Assembly: GCA_035549255.1 (NCBI GenBank)
Contig: DASZRD010000004.1
Span: 8,667 to 72,666, forward strand
DNA length: 64,000 nucleotides
Reading direction: 5' to 3'
DNA from: Minisyncoccota bacterium
GTDB lineage: Bacteria; Patescibacteriota; Minisyncoccia; Phycocordibacterales; SBAW01
How positions within the stretch are numbered: position 1 is the first letter of the stretch; each line of letters begins with the position of its first letter. Below are positions 20,326 to 31,787 of this stretch, in pieces. A program made the translations under genes and the position numbers. The notes beneath the pieces were generated by a model that saw nothing but the letters and a program-made list of their open reading frames with translations, made no database searches and was not told the origin of the DNA.

Positions 20326-22686
20326 TTACTCGTTGATCGGGGCGGTCGTGCGGTCTTGAGGAGGCGTCGTTGCGGGCGGCGTCGCGGCGTCAAACGGCGC
20401 CTTGCCCGCCTGCAAGTTGCTCAGGATAAGCCGCGCTTCGGAGGAATCAGGGTTGGTCTTTACGATCGCCTGGAACTCGGCGATCGCGTCGTCCGTCCTC
20501 TTCTGCGCATAGTACGAGAGGCCGAGGAAGTATTGCGCGTTGGCGTAGTCCGGCTGGAGCGCTACCGCCTGCTCGAGCGCGGTTATCGCGTCCTTGCTGT
20601 CGTTGGCGGAGTAGTAGAGAAGCCCGAGCTCGAACCAGATCGGCGCTACGCCGGGCGCCGACTGCACGGCGGCCTGCGCGGCCTGGATCGCGTTCTGAAG
20701 GTCGTTGTTAGCGACGTTGAGCTGCACGAGGAAGAGGATCGCATCGGTGTAATTGGGCTTGAGGGTGAGCGACTGCGAGAGATATTTCTGCACCTCAGTC
20801 ACGTTATTCTGCCCCGCATCGAGCCGCGCGATGAAGAGCGGGATCTGCGGGTTGCTCGGCGCGAGCGCCGCGGCCTGCACGTACGCCTCTTTTGCCTTGT
20901 CGTACGCGCCCTGCACCTTGAGGCTCGCGAAGAGGTCATACACCTGCCCCAAGAGGAAGTACGAGCGGTAATCATGCGGGTCTTTGGCGACGAGCTGCTG
21001 GCCCACGCCGACGATCTGCTGCGCAAGCGTCGTGAACTGGGTCTGCGCGTCGGCCGTGGGAGAAGATTGCGCTATCTGCTGGAGCTTATTGCTGCCTGCC
21101 AGCACCATGAGGCGCAAAGAGTCGGGGTTTGAATTCTCGACCGAGGCGGCATGCGTGGCCTTGGTCATAGCGGCGTCGAAGTCGCCGCTCTGAAGCGCAT
21201 CGCTGCCCTGGCCGACCGCCGCTTCGGCAATATAATGCCGGTTCGACGCGAAGCCGACCCAGAGCGCGACCAGGAGTATGACCGGCATGCCGCCGATCAT
21301 CATCACGCGCGCAAGCAACGGCCGCGTGTCGTCCTCGCCCTGGGTGGAGCGGCCCTGCCTCCAGAGGAAGCCGAACGTAGCTCCCGCGAGCACAATACCA
21401 AGCAGGAGCATATTCTGGCTCGGCACGTAGAAGATAAGCGAAGCGAAGAAGTAGAGGCTCGACAAGCCTAGCGTCGCCGCAATAACGCGCTCTTCGCGGG
21501 AGAGAACGCCCAAGCGCACCGCGCGCACAAGGCTCATGATGACCAGCACCATCGGCACAAGCCAGGCGATGATACCCAAGAGGCCGACGGTCCCGAGCGC
21601 CGTCATGATCGAGGAGAAGCCGACCGAAAAGTCGAGGCTCCAGAACGCCGATTGGTTGACCGCGGCAGGCTTATGTGCGAGCCAGGAATCTACGAACGTG
21701 TTGGGGCCAGTGCCGACAACCATGCGCTCAACCGAGCCGCCGCGCGCCGCGTTGATGACGTCGACCGTCGAGGAATACGAAGGACGGACCTCAAGCGAGG
21801 TAACCGGGATGCTGCTGGTGATGGAGGCGTTGAAGTTCGAGCCGAAGAGGAGGAACACGATCGCGACAAGGACCGTGCCGACCGCCCACCACGGCGTGCG
21901 TTCGAGCAACGTGCGTGAAGCGGGAGCCATGCCCGCCATCTCGGATTCGGGGATGCGTTGGGTCAGGAATTTTATGATCGCAACGGCGATCGCAGCCGCG
22001 AGTATGAAGCCCCAGACGAGCGAGAAGTTGATGATCGCCAGAAGCGCGATAATGACAATGCCGAGCGCTACCGTAAGCCCGCGCCAGATGATGGTCTGCG
22101 CGGCGCCAAGCTCGAGGCGCGCCAAGATCATTACGCCCAGCAGCCCCGCCAGGAGGCCGAGGTCATTCCACTTGCCGATAAGGTTGACCGAGCGATCGGA
22201 GAATATCGAGAAGGGCACCAACGTCGTGCCGAAGAGGACGACAATCCACTGAAACAGGACTGCAACCATGAGGGTTATCGAGATCACGCGCAAGAGGATC
22301 CCCGCCGTGCGCAAGGTGCGGAAGAGCGCGAAGGACGCGAGGAAGGTGAGAAATACGAGGACGCTTACCAGCACCGTGTCGGATTCGAGGCCCGCGCCGA
22401 TATACCCGAGCACGGGATCGACCGAGAAGAACGCGGATATAAGGTATGCGACCGGAAGCGCAAGCATGAGGAGCGCAAGGTTGAGGCCGTGCGCGCGCAC
22501 GAGGTCGCGGCCTCCCCCGCCCAAGGCATAGAGAAAGAGCGCCACGAAGAGGAGCGCGGCGAAAACCGCCACCTTCCCCACCTGGAGCGGGAACCAGACG
22601 GTCGGAATAATGAGCAAGAGAGCGAGCACAAGAGCGGCCAGGAATACATACCGTGACCAGCTCACGAGTTTTGAGTGCATATACAA
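20326..22686 (-). CDS. polytopic membrane protein (O-antigen ligase/Wzy_C-like) with C-terminal TPRs
   Basis: About 12 TM segments, GTGPNTF loop motif, TPRs (LKPNYTDA, LQPDYANAQYFLGL). Confidence 0.75.
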   Translation of the reverse strand: MYMHSKLVSWSRYVFLAALVLALLLIIPTVWFPLQVGKVAVFAALLFVALFLYALGGGGRDLVRAHGLNLALLMLALPVAYLISAFFSVDPVLGYIGAGLESDTVLVSVLVFLTFLASFALFRTLRTAGILLRVISITLMVAVLFQWIVVLFGTTLVPFSIFSDRSVNLIGKWNDLGLLAGLLGVMILARLELGAAQTIIWRGLTVALGIVIIALLAIINFSLVWGFILAAAIAVAIIKFLTQRIPESEMAGMAPASRTLLERTPWWAVGTVLVAIVFLLFGSNFNASITSSIPVTSLEVRPSYSSTVDVINAARGGSVERMVVGTGPNTFVDSWLAHKPAAVNQSAFWSLDFSVGFSSIMTALGTVGLLGIIAWLVPMVLVIMSLVRAVRLGVLSREERVIAATLGLSSLYFFASLIFYVPSQNMLLLGIVLAGATFGFLWRQGRSTQGEDDTRPLLARVMMIGGMPVILLVALWVGFASNRHYIAEAAVGQGSDALQSGDFDAAMTKATHAASVENSNPDSLRLMVLAGSNKLQQIAQSSPTADAQTQFTTLAQQIVGVGQQLVAKDPHDYRSYFLLGQVYDLFASLKVQGAYDKAKEAYVQAAALAPSNPQIPLFIARLDAGQNNVTEVQKYLSQSLTLKPNYTDAILFLVQLNVANNDLQNAIQAAQAAVQSAPGVAPIWFELGLLYYSANDSKDAITALEQAVALQPDYANAQYFLGLSYYAQKRTDDAIAEFQAIVKTNPDSSEARLILSNLQAGKAPFDAATPPATTPPQDRTTAPINE

Positions 22687-22806
22687 TAATGCTTACGGGA
22701 GGAACAATACCTCCCTACTATTAATACGGCCTTTTTCAGTATACCCCTCTCCGAGGCTTACAAGGCGAGATACTCACAGGCATCGAAATGTGGTATACTA
22801 TGAGAA

Positions 22807-23095
22807 GCGCATCAGAAAGCAGCCTCGGCTTCATCGGCCGGGGAGGAAAGTCCGAACACTCGCCAGAAGAGCGATCTTTTGGAACGGTAGCAGGTAACGC
22901 CTGCCATCTGCTCCAAGCGGGCAGGAGGGGTGCGAACAGTGACGAACCGGTTAAGTCCGGGTGAAACGGCTAAATCCCTATCGGAGTGCAAGGCCGTGTC
23001 CTGAGAGAAATCGAAGGAAGTGCCGCTTGATCCTGAGGGCGACCGAAGGACCAGATAAATTGCTTTCCGCGACAGAATTCGGCTTATCGATGCGC
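22807..23095 (+). ncRNA. rnpB: RNase P RNA (compact)
   Basis: GAGGAAAGTCC, AACAGTGAC, GGTGAAACGG, GAGTGCAAG, ACAGAATTCGGCTTA; GCGCATC/GATGCGC terminal helix; TATACT upstream. Confidence 0.95.
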
Positions 23096-23161
23096 GCGCT
23101 CGGTGTAGATCCCGCCTTACAAGGCGGGATTTGCGCGTCTGTCTAGGCGCCGAGACGAGTC

Positions 23162-23635
23162 CTATATAATGTGCACCTCTGCCATGCTTCCCTCCTCGAT
23201 GGTGTGCGCGGCGGCAAATCCCGCGGGGACTTCGAGCGCGTAGCGAATGGGTCCGCTTGGATAGAATGCTTGCGGGTACGTATCGGGCGCGAGATCGCGA
23301 TCGATCGTAATCACTTTGCCACTACTCGTTATAAAAATAATATCAAGCGAGAAGTTCATTCCTTTCATCCAGAAGCCCGGTTGCGAGCCGTCGGGAAATA
23401 CGAAGAGCATCCCGCTTCCCTCCGCCAGGCTTGTGCGGCCGGAGAGGCCCTGTTCCTGCTCGGCTGACGTCGAGGCGATTTCTACGCTTACGGTCGTGGT
23501 GCCAAAGGCGACGTATGATTCTGCACGCCCGGTTGATTGCATAGGGTGACTATAGTAAATGTACGCGCCGAGCGCGAGCGCCAAGCATACAAGCGCGGCC
23601 AGGACATACGGGATGTAAGAACGGCTACTGAGCAT
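23162..23635 (-). CDS. DUF192 domain protein
   Basis: EQGLSGR, GMLFVF, FWMKGMNFSLDIIF, YALEVPAG. Confidence 0.92.
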   Translation of the reverse strand: MLSSRSYIPYVLAALVCLALALGAYIYYSHPMQSTGRAESYVAFGTTTVSVEIASTSAEQEQGLSGRTSLAEGSGMLFVFPDGSQPGFWMKGMNFSLDIIFITSSGKVITIDRDLAPDTYPQAFYPSGPIRYALEVPAGFAAAHTIEEGSMAEVHII

Positions 23636-24890
23636 TGAGTGCGGCCCGGGTCGCGGGTCCCACATATCCTACCGCATCTATGCCATGCGCGGACTGGAAC
23701 GCCTCGACCGCAGCCTGCGTCGCCGATCCGAAGTACCCGGTCGCCACGGCGCTGAAGTAGCCGAGCGCGGCGAGCTTCTCCTGCAGCGCAGTCACCTCGT
23801 CGCCTGTTGAGCCTACATCAAGGAAGCTTACGAATGTCGCGTTCGCTGAAGATGAGGGAGAAGACTCCGCGCTGTTGAGTGCTGCGCGTGTCGAGGGGCC
23901 GACGACCCCAAGCTGCTCGATGCCATGCGCCGCCTGGAAGGCCTCGACCGCCGCAGTGGTCGCCGGGCCGTAGTAGCCGTTGGGAGTCGCCGTGAGATAG
24001 CCCTCTTTTGCAAGCAGATTCTGCAGCGCCAGCACCTCGTCGCTGCTGTCGCCGGGCGAGAGATAGGAGGTAAATGTATAGGAGTTCGCCACAGTCGCAT
24101 CAGTCGGCGCAGCGGTCGAGGTCTGCAAGCCGCCGAGCTCGGCCGCGACTTGGTTGACCACCGACTGGTCGGCGCCGAAGGACTGCAGGAGCGAGACGAT
24201 CGACTGAATCTTGTTCTGCGCGAGGCCGCTGCCCGTGGTCGTTGTCACGGCAGCTGCCGCCCCAGGAGTGACCGCTACCACAATATTGGTATTGGCGCTG
24301 TGGCCATACGAATCGGTCGCGTAAAAGGTGATGGTGTGATTGCCGACCTGCGTCGAATCAGGAATCCACGAGAACGTGCCGGAGGAATTGATGTCGGCGT
24401 TGGATATCGTGCTGCCGCTGAAGGAGTCGCTGATCGTATAGACCGGGCTGGAAAACCCGCTCGCTACCGCACTGAAGGTGAGTGTTTGCCCGGTGCCGAG
24501 GGATGAACTCGGCGAGAGCGATTGTATGGAGAGCGAGACGGGCTGGCTTACCGTGATCTGCTCGACCGTAGTCGCGGTATTGCCGGAAGAGTCGCTGACC
24601 GTGACCGTGATGTTATGCGTGCCGATCTCGGCGGTGGTCGGCGTCCAGGAAAAGTTGCCGGAAGAGTTGATATTTGCGCTTGAGTCCGTAGCGCCGCTGA
24701 AAGAGTCGGTAAGGCTGTACGTGGGGCCGGAGAAGCCGGACGCGTTAACGGTAAAGGAGACATTCGTGCCGGCCGAGATATTGGTGCTCGGCGAGAGCGA
24801 GCCGACCGAGAGCGATACGCTCGCGTACGCGGGCGGCGCAAAGAGGAGAACCGCACCTAGCGCTACTGCTGCTCGTATCTTGGCGGACAT
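23625..24890 (-). CDS. secreted protein with two Ig/cadherin-like and two peptidoglycan-binding domains
   Basis: INSSG.FSW.P twice; EV.ALQ..L...GY...GY(Y/F)G.AT.AAVEAFQ..HGI...G.VGP.TRAALN twice. Confidence 0.88.
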   Translation of the reverse strand: MSAKIRAAVALGAVLLFAPPAYASVSLSVGSLSPSTNISAGTNVSFTVNASGFSGPTYSLTDSFSGATDSSANINSSGNFSWTPTTAEIGTHNITVTVSDSSGNTATTVEQITVSQPVSLSIQSLSPSSSLGTGQTLTFSAVASGFSSPVYTISDSFSGSTISNADINSSGTFSWIPDSTQVGNHTITFYATDSYGHSANTNIVVAVTPGAAAAVTTTTGSGLAQNKIQSIVSLLQSFGADQSVVNQVAAELGGLQTSTAAPTDATVANSYTFTSYLSPGDSSDEVLALQNLLAKEGYLTATPNGYYGPATTAAVEAFQAAHGIEQLGVVGPSTRAALNSAESSPSSSANATFVSFLDVGSTGDEVTALQEKLAALGYFSAVATGYFGSATQAAVEAFQSAHGIDAVGYVGPATRAALNAQ

Positions 24891-25004
24891 AGCGTATATA
24901 AATAGAAAGGAATAATGCGCGAGGCCTCGGGAAGCCTTCTGCCTATATATACGCACGCGCCGCAGAAACGGTGCAGCCCGCAAAACGCTTGCTGCCGAAC
25001 GGAC

Positions 25005-25343
25005 CTACGCCCGCTCGGCTATAACTGCCGTACCGTAGGCCAGGACTTCGGTGACGCCGCCGGCGATCTCCGTCGCGTCGTAGCGGAAGCCAACGATCGC
25101 GTTGGCACCCATTTGCTCGGCATGCTCGACCATGAGGTCGTAGGCGTGGGTACGGGCCTGCTCGCACAGCGCCGTATAGAGCGTGATGTTGCCGCCGAAG
25201 AGCGTCTGAATCCCCGCGCCGATGTTGCCCACCAAAGAGCGCGAGCGCACGATAATGCCCCGAGTAATGCCCAAATCCCTGCTTATCTTATAACCATCAA
25301 GAACGAAAGCGGTCGTAACCATCGATGTATCAATAGTCGCCAT
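25005..25343 (-). CDS. YbjQ/UPF0145 family protein
   Basis: [11 protein letters not shown]...[11 protein letters not shown]...EVLAYGTAV. Confidence 0.93.
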   Translation of the reverse strand: MATIDTSMVTTAFVLDGYKISRDLGITRGIIVRSRSLVGNIGAGIQTLFGGNITLYTALCEQARTHAYDLMVEHAEQMGANAIVGFRYDATEIAGGVTEVLAYGTAVIAERA

Positions 25344-25375
25344 AGCGCTAGTATAGCATTTTGGCTTAACAGAAC

Positions 25376-25861
25376 TTAGATCCGATACCTATACGACCGC
25401 TCGTTGTACTCGTCCGTCGGATACGCGCCGATGCCGTCTTCATGCCACAAGAGAAATTCCGCGATGCCCGCGTCGAGCGCGAGCCTGCTGCATACCGTAC
25501 AATACGGCTCTCCTGATTTTTTTATATTCCCGTCCGTATCGATCCGGACAAAGTAGAGCTGCGATCCTTGCAGTTTCTCCGGATTTCCCTTCATCGCGTC
25601 AAGAATGGCTCGCCACTCGGCGTGCATGCAACAGGTATGATCGTACTTCGGCTTGCCAGAAAAGTCGTACTCTTCAAGGCACCTTCTGCTAGCGATATCG
25701 TCGAGCGGCGGCGCGTTATAGCCGACGCCGATAATCAGCCCATCCTTCACGATCACCGTGCCGCACTTCGCCCTGAGACACAAGGCCTTCTGTGCTGCCG
25801 CAGCCGCCTCGTTCATCCACGCAATCGCCACCCGTTCCTCTGCACCGCGGAGATAGTTCAT
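25376..25861 (-). CDS. zinc-dependent dCMP/cytidine deaminase family protein
   Basis: GYN, HAE, PYCTVC; start moved to 25861 because the longer ORF overlaps tRNA-Ser. Confidence 0.85.
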   Translation of the reverse strand: MNYLRGAEERVAIAWMNEAAAAAQKALCLRAKCGTVIVKDGLIIGVGYNAPPLDDIASRRCLEEYDFSGKPKYDHTCCMHAEWRAILDAMKGNPEKLQGSQLYFVRIDTDGNIKKSGEPYCTVCSRLALDAGIAEFLLWHEDGIGAYPTDEYNERSYRYRI

Positions 25862-25888
25862 ACCTACAAGCATAGTCCGACCGACGAG

Positions 25889-25973
25889 CGGAGGGTGAGA
25901 GATTCGAACTCTCGGTGCCTTGCGGCACACACGCTTTCCAAGCGTGCGCACTAGACCACTATGCGAACCCTCC
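25889..25973 (-). tRNA. tRNA-Ser(GGA)
   Basis: GGAGGGT/ACCCTCC acceptor stem, loop TT-GGA-AA, long variable arm, GTTCGAATC. Confidence 0.96.
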
Positions 25974-26004
25974 AGTGCAATTACCTTATCAAATTAAGAC
26001 AGTT

Positions 26005-26904
26005 TTATCTATCATCTCCAACAAGCGCCCTGATACGGTCCTCGATCGGCGGATGGGTTTGGAAGAGCTTCGCGATGGCGCTCGTCGCCGCATGCGCACC
26101 GAAGGGGTTGGTGATGTAGAGGTGCGCGGTCGCGGTACTCGCGGTCCTCATCGGTGCCTCGTAGGCACCGAGCTTGCGCAAAGCATTCGCGAGGCCTTCG
26201 GGGTAGCGTGTGAGTAAGGCGCCCGACGCATCGGCCAAATACTCGCGCTTGCGCGAGATTGCAAGCTGCAAGAGCGTGGCAAGCAGAGGCGCAAGTATAA
26301 TCAGCGCGATCGCGAAGACCATAAGGATCGGATTGTTCCTATTGTCGCGGTCGCGGCCTCCCCCGCCGAAGATGCTCATGCGCAGGAAGAAGTTCGACGC
26401 GAGCGTCGCGAAGCCGACCAAGACCACGGCGACGGTCGAGACCAGCATGTCGCGGTTGCCGATGTGGCTTAGCTCATGAGCGATGACGCCCTCCAATTCA
26501 GTGTGGTTCATCATGGTGAGGAGTCCTGTCGTCGCTGCCACTGCCGCATGCTTGGCATTGCGCCCAGTCGAGAAGGCATTGGGCGCCGGGTCGTCGATCA
26601 CATACACTTTTGGCTTCGGGAGCCCCGCGGTAATCGAGAGATTCTCGACGATACGGTTGAGGTCGGGATATTCTTCCTCGCTTGCGGGCTTTGCCTTTTC
26701 CATTGCTATAACGACTTTGTCGGAGAACCAGTAGCTCCAGATGTTGGTGAGTATCGCGAAGACGACGGCGGCAACCACGATCGCGGAATTGTTGAAATAG
26801 ACTGAGAGCGCCCAGCCAATCGCCATCACGATGCACAAAAAGACGAGCATGAGCACCCATGTCTTGGCGATGTTTTCCTCGCGGTGGGTATAGAGCGTTG
26901 CCAT
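26005..26904 (-). CDS. htpX: M48 membrane metalloprotease HtpX
   Basis: PNAF, AHELSH, SRKREYLAD, THPPIEDRI. Confidence 0.96.
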   Translation of the reverse strand: MATLYTHREENIAKTWVLMLVFLCIVMAIGWALSVYFNNSAIVVAAVVFAILTNIWSYWFSDKVVIAMEKAKPASEEEYPDLNRIVENLSITAGLPKPKVYVIDDPAPNAFSTGRNAKHAAVAATTGLLTMMNHTELEGVIAHELSHIGNRDMLVSTVAVVLVGFATLASNFFLRMSIFGGGGRDRDNRNNPILMVFAIALIILAPLLATLLQLAISRKREYLADASGALLTRYPEGLANALRKLGAYEAPMRTASTATAHLYITNPFGAHAATSAIAKLFQTHPPIEDRIRALVGDDR

Positions 26905-26959
26905 AAGATAACACTATAGCAAAAGCGGATTATAGAAAAGCGAAGGGGTAGCCTCGCGG

Positions 26960-27304
26960 CTACCCCACTGTCTCGAGAAAGATGCACTTGTCGAAGGCTC
27001 CGGCGAGCGAGTTCTTCGCGGCACGCGCCCCCATGAGCTCGGTATCGCCTATCCCCTCCGCCCGGCGGAGGGCGTCGAGGACCTCCGCAAGATCTGCCAT
27101 TTCGGTAAGGATGTCCTCACGGGTCGTGGCGCTTACGAGCTCGTTGTATTCTTCAAGAAGTTTGCGCCGAAGCTCCGCTTTGAACTCCTTCGGCGAAAGG
27201 ACGCGCACGCGCGGCTTTACTCCCCGCACCGCTTCAAGAGGCGTCCTGTTCCTCAGAATCTTATCGGGGATCTTGTCCCGCACTAATTTGTTGTAGACCT
27301 GCAC
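26960..27304 (-). CDS. all-alpha NTP pyrophosphohydrolase (MazG/PRA-PH-like)
   Basis: YNKLVRDKIP, KLLEE, EMADLAEV; GAGGAGG SD before GTG. Confidence 0.85.
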   Translation of the reverse strand: MQVYNKLVRDKIPDKILRNRTPLEAVRGVKPRVRVLSPKEFKAELRRKLLEEYNELVSATTREDILTEMADLAEVLDALRRAEGIGDTELMGARAAKNSLAGAFDKCIFLETVG

Positions 27305-27369
27305 GGCTTCCTCCTCTGATTACAGGCTGCACTCTACCCTACCATAACTCGCTCTGCGAGCAAGAAGTT

Positions 27370-27930
27370 TTAAAATTGCACCTTGACCGGCTCGCGGACT
27401 GCCGCATCTGCGTCGTCAAGCGCGAAGTACTCCATAGGAGAGAAGTGGAACATGCCGGCGATGATGTTGCCCGGGAAGCGCTGCATGGCGGTCGTGAGGT
27501 CGCGGACGTTGCCGTTGTAGAAGCGGCGCGCGGCTTGGATCTTGTCCTCGGTGTCGGTGAGCTGCGACTGGAGCGCCAAGAAATTCTGGTTGGCTTTGAG
27601 GTCGGGGTACGCCTCGGCAACGGCGAAAAGGGATTTCAGCGCGCCACTGAGCATATTTTCTGCCTGACCCTTCTCTTCCGGGCCTTGCGCGCTTATCGCC
27701 GCCGCGCGCGCTTTGGTAACATTTTCAAAAGCCTGGCTCTCGTGCGTCGCGTAGCCCTTAACTGTTTCAACAAGATTGGGGATGAGGTCATAGCGGCGCT
27801 TGAGTTGTACATCAATATCTGCCCACGCTTCCTTGGAGCGCTGCATAAGGGTAACAAAGCGGTTGTAGGCGAAGACGACCCACAGCACGAGCACCACAAC
27901 GACTGCTAAAATAATATACAGGATTGTCAT
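27370..27930 (-). CDS. lemA: LemA family protein
   Basis: IDVQLKRRYDLIPNLV, AEAYPDLKA, EDKIQAARRFYN. Confidence 0.96.
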   Translation of the reverse strand: MTILYIILAVVVVLVLWVVFAYNRFVTLMQRSKEAWADIDVQLKRRYDLIPNLVETVKGYATHESQAFENVTKARAAAISAQGPEEKGQAENMLSGALKSLFAVAEAYPDLKANQNFLALQSQLTDTEDKIQAARRFYNGNVRDLTTAMQRFPGNIIAGMFHFSPMEYFALDDADAAVREPVKVQF

Positions 27931-28018
27931 ATAGCGATTATACAACTTTTATACAGATTGCAAGGGGTTTCGAGGCAGTGTAAGGTAAGTTTAGACACCG
28001 TCCACAAGGAGCTACGTC

Positions 28019-28342
28019 ATGTCTACGATCGAGAAAGAAGCCCGCGACAATGCGCTTGGGCCAGGCACGCTGAGATTTATCGACATGCTCACGAGCGATG
28101 TCGGCAAGCAGTTCCCATCGGTCTATTCAGACTCGGGAGATGCAGAGGGCAAAGGAAGGTTTATGCTCGGCAACTCGAGCACCACGCCGCCTATTACTCC
28201 GCTTGATAGCCTGCGCACGCTGCTCAAGGCCCTCACGAATGCGCCTGCCGCCGACCGTGCCGAGCTCGACCGAAAATTCGGAGCGCTGGCAGACAGCTTT
28301 GAGAGGAATATCCCCTTCTTCAAATCTCTCTCAGCCGCGTAA
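28019..28342 (+). CDS. hypothetical protein (orphan)
   Basis: AAGGAG SD, ATG start, terminator immediately downstream. Confidence 0.7.
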   Translation: MSTIEKEARDNALGPGTLRFIDMLTSDVGKQFPSVYSDSGDAEGKGRFMLGNSSTTPPITPLDSLRTLLKALTNAPAADRAELDRKFGALADSFERNIPFFKSLSAA

Positions 28343-28360
28343 AAGAATGGTTGTGCAATA

Positions 28361-28398
28361 AAAACCGCCCCGGAGATTTTCTCCGGGGCGATTGTTTT
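28361..28398. repeat. 38-bp hairpin, copy 1 of an exact direct repeat (terminator-like)
   Basis: AAAACCGCCCCGGAGATTTTCTCCGGGGCGATTGTTTT. Confidence 0.92.
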
Positions 28399-28492
28399 AC
28401 TTTATAAAAATAAAAAGTTGTGGTATTTTCGCATTGGCTGTTCCCTAGCGAACAGCGTCACTAGGGGCTCCTAGAGCCTAAAGGAGGACGTT

Positions 28493-28912
28493 GTGAAAAT
28501 CAGTATCGACACTTGCTACTCGGAAGGGCAGTATCGTGACACGGGTGTTGAAGTGCCGGCACACGCTCTGTTGGGAGCGAGTACGTTAGCTGTCGCTATC
28601 GTCTCGGAGTTACGGGAAAATGACGTTGCAAAGTATGTCGAGGTCATCCGATTTCGATCAACCCACCGCACGCCGGATTGCGTCGTCTGCAAAGTTCATG
28701 GCGAACTAAATATTCTGGGGGTAAAGAAAACTTTGAGCCATGTCCTGACGATTGATCTTCCTGATCCGCCCAAGAAGTACAACACCACGATACTGCAGGA
28801 TGACGTGGCACGATTCATGGTTGGCATTCGATATGATCTTAGCTATACAGCCAGGGTCAATCGACAGGTCCTGGCCAACTTGGATAAGTTCTTAACGCCA
28901 TCTTCTGGTTAA
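28493..28912 (+). CDS. hypothetical protein (orphan)
   Basis: AAAGGAGG SD, GTG start, AT-rich promoter region ~28400-28430. Confidence 0.7.
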   Translation: MKISIDTCYSEGQYRDTGVEVPAHALLGASTLAVAIVSELRENDVAKYVEVIRFRSTHRTPDCVVCKVHGELNILGVKKTLSHVLTIDLPDPPKKYNTTILQDDVARFMVGIRYDLSYTARVNRQVLANLDKFLTPSSG

Positions 28913-28920
28913 CCACTACG

Positions 28921-28958
28921 AAAACCGCCCCGGAGATTTTCTCCGGGGCGATTGTTTT
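28921..28958. repeat. 38-bp hairpin, copy 2 of the exact direct repeat
   Basis: Identical to 28361-28398, 560 bp downstream. Confidence 0.92.
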
Positions 28959-29323
28959 CATTTTTTTGTAGATCCAGGCTTATCCTTTCCGTCTTGTTTA
29001 GATTCCCCGTCACTCTTTGGTCCTTGCAAATCATTCTGGAAAGGACTGGGGATTCTTAGATCGAGCATAGCCGGTATCTCACCATTCTGTCTCTCATATT
29101 CGGAGATTTGGAAAGAGAGTAATTGAGACAATCTTTTGGTGTGATGAGGTGTCAACACATAACTTTCCGACATTTCTCCCTTATAAACGGTAAGTACGAA
29201 ATGACCTTCTCCAAATAATACTCTTACATTTTCGGAGAAAGATTTAGGTGTCTTTGCAATTCGTTGGATTTCTTGCTCATTCTGAATCTCTTGTTCCGTC
29301 TTTGCTTGTTCTTCTGGTGTCAT
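28958..29323 (-). CDS. hypothetical protein, DUF3467-like, AT-rich
   Basis: LTPHHTKRLSQLL..QISEYERQNGEI resembles the DUF3467 C-terminal helix. Confidence 0.65.
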   Translation of the reverse strand: MTPEEQAKTEQEIQNEQEIQRIAKTPKSFSENVRVLFGEGHFVLTVYKGEMSESYVLTPHHTKRLSQLLSFQISEYERQNGEIPAMLDLRIPSPFQNDLQGPKSDGESKQDGKDKPGSTKK

Positions 29324-29365
29324 AAATTTTATGATATGCAAAACCCCGCTCGCGCGGGGTTCTTT

Positions 29366-31436
<2,071 letters not shown>

Positions 31437-31533
31437 CGCCAAAAAATGTACTATACATATTTACTCCTTGTCAAAACCGACGGCGCTCGGAGCAGATTGC
31501 GCGGGATCGCAAAGCGTGGTACGCTCATGAGCA

Positions 31534-31764
31534 ATGACCGCAGCGGGGATTATCCCTTATATACAGATCGTAGTCTCGGTAGCGCTTATTATCTGCGTGC
31601 TTCTGCAGCAGACCGGCGCATCCATGGGCGGCGCATTCGGCGGCGACAATTTCAGCGCCTCCTACCACACGCGCCGCGGCCTCGAGAAAACGCTCTTCTA
31701 CGCCACGATTATCCTTGGCACCGTTCTCGCTTTGTCGTCATTCGCAACGCTCGTGGTACACTAA
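31534..31764 (+). CDS. secG: preprotein translocase SecG
   Basis: VLLQ...MGGAFGG...TRRGLEK, two TMs. Confidence 0.93.
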   Translation: MTAAGIIPYIQIVVSVALIICVLLQQTGASMGGAFGGDNFSASYHTRRGLEKTLFYATIILGTVLALSSFATLVVH

Positions 31765-31787
31765 ATCCACGCTTCTCTAAATTCTTT

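Noticed and set aside
25862-25951. N-terminal extension of the deaminase
   Set aside because: Overlaps tRNA-Ser; a -10 box 7 nt before ATG 25861 supports the shorter start
28361-28958. CRISPR array or integron attC interpretation of the 38-bp repeat
   Set aside because: Only two copies with a 522-bp gap; no cas or intI gene; too short and lacks RYYYAAC/GTTRRRY ends
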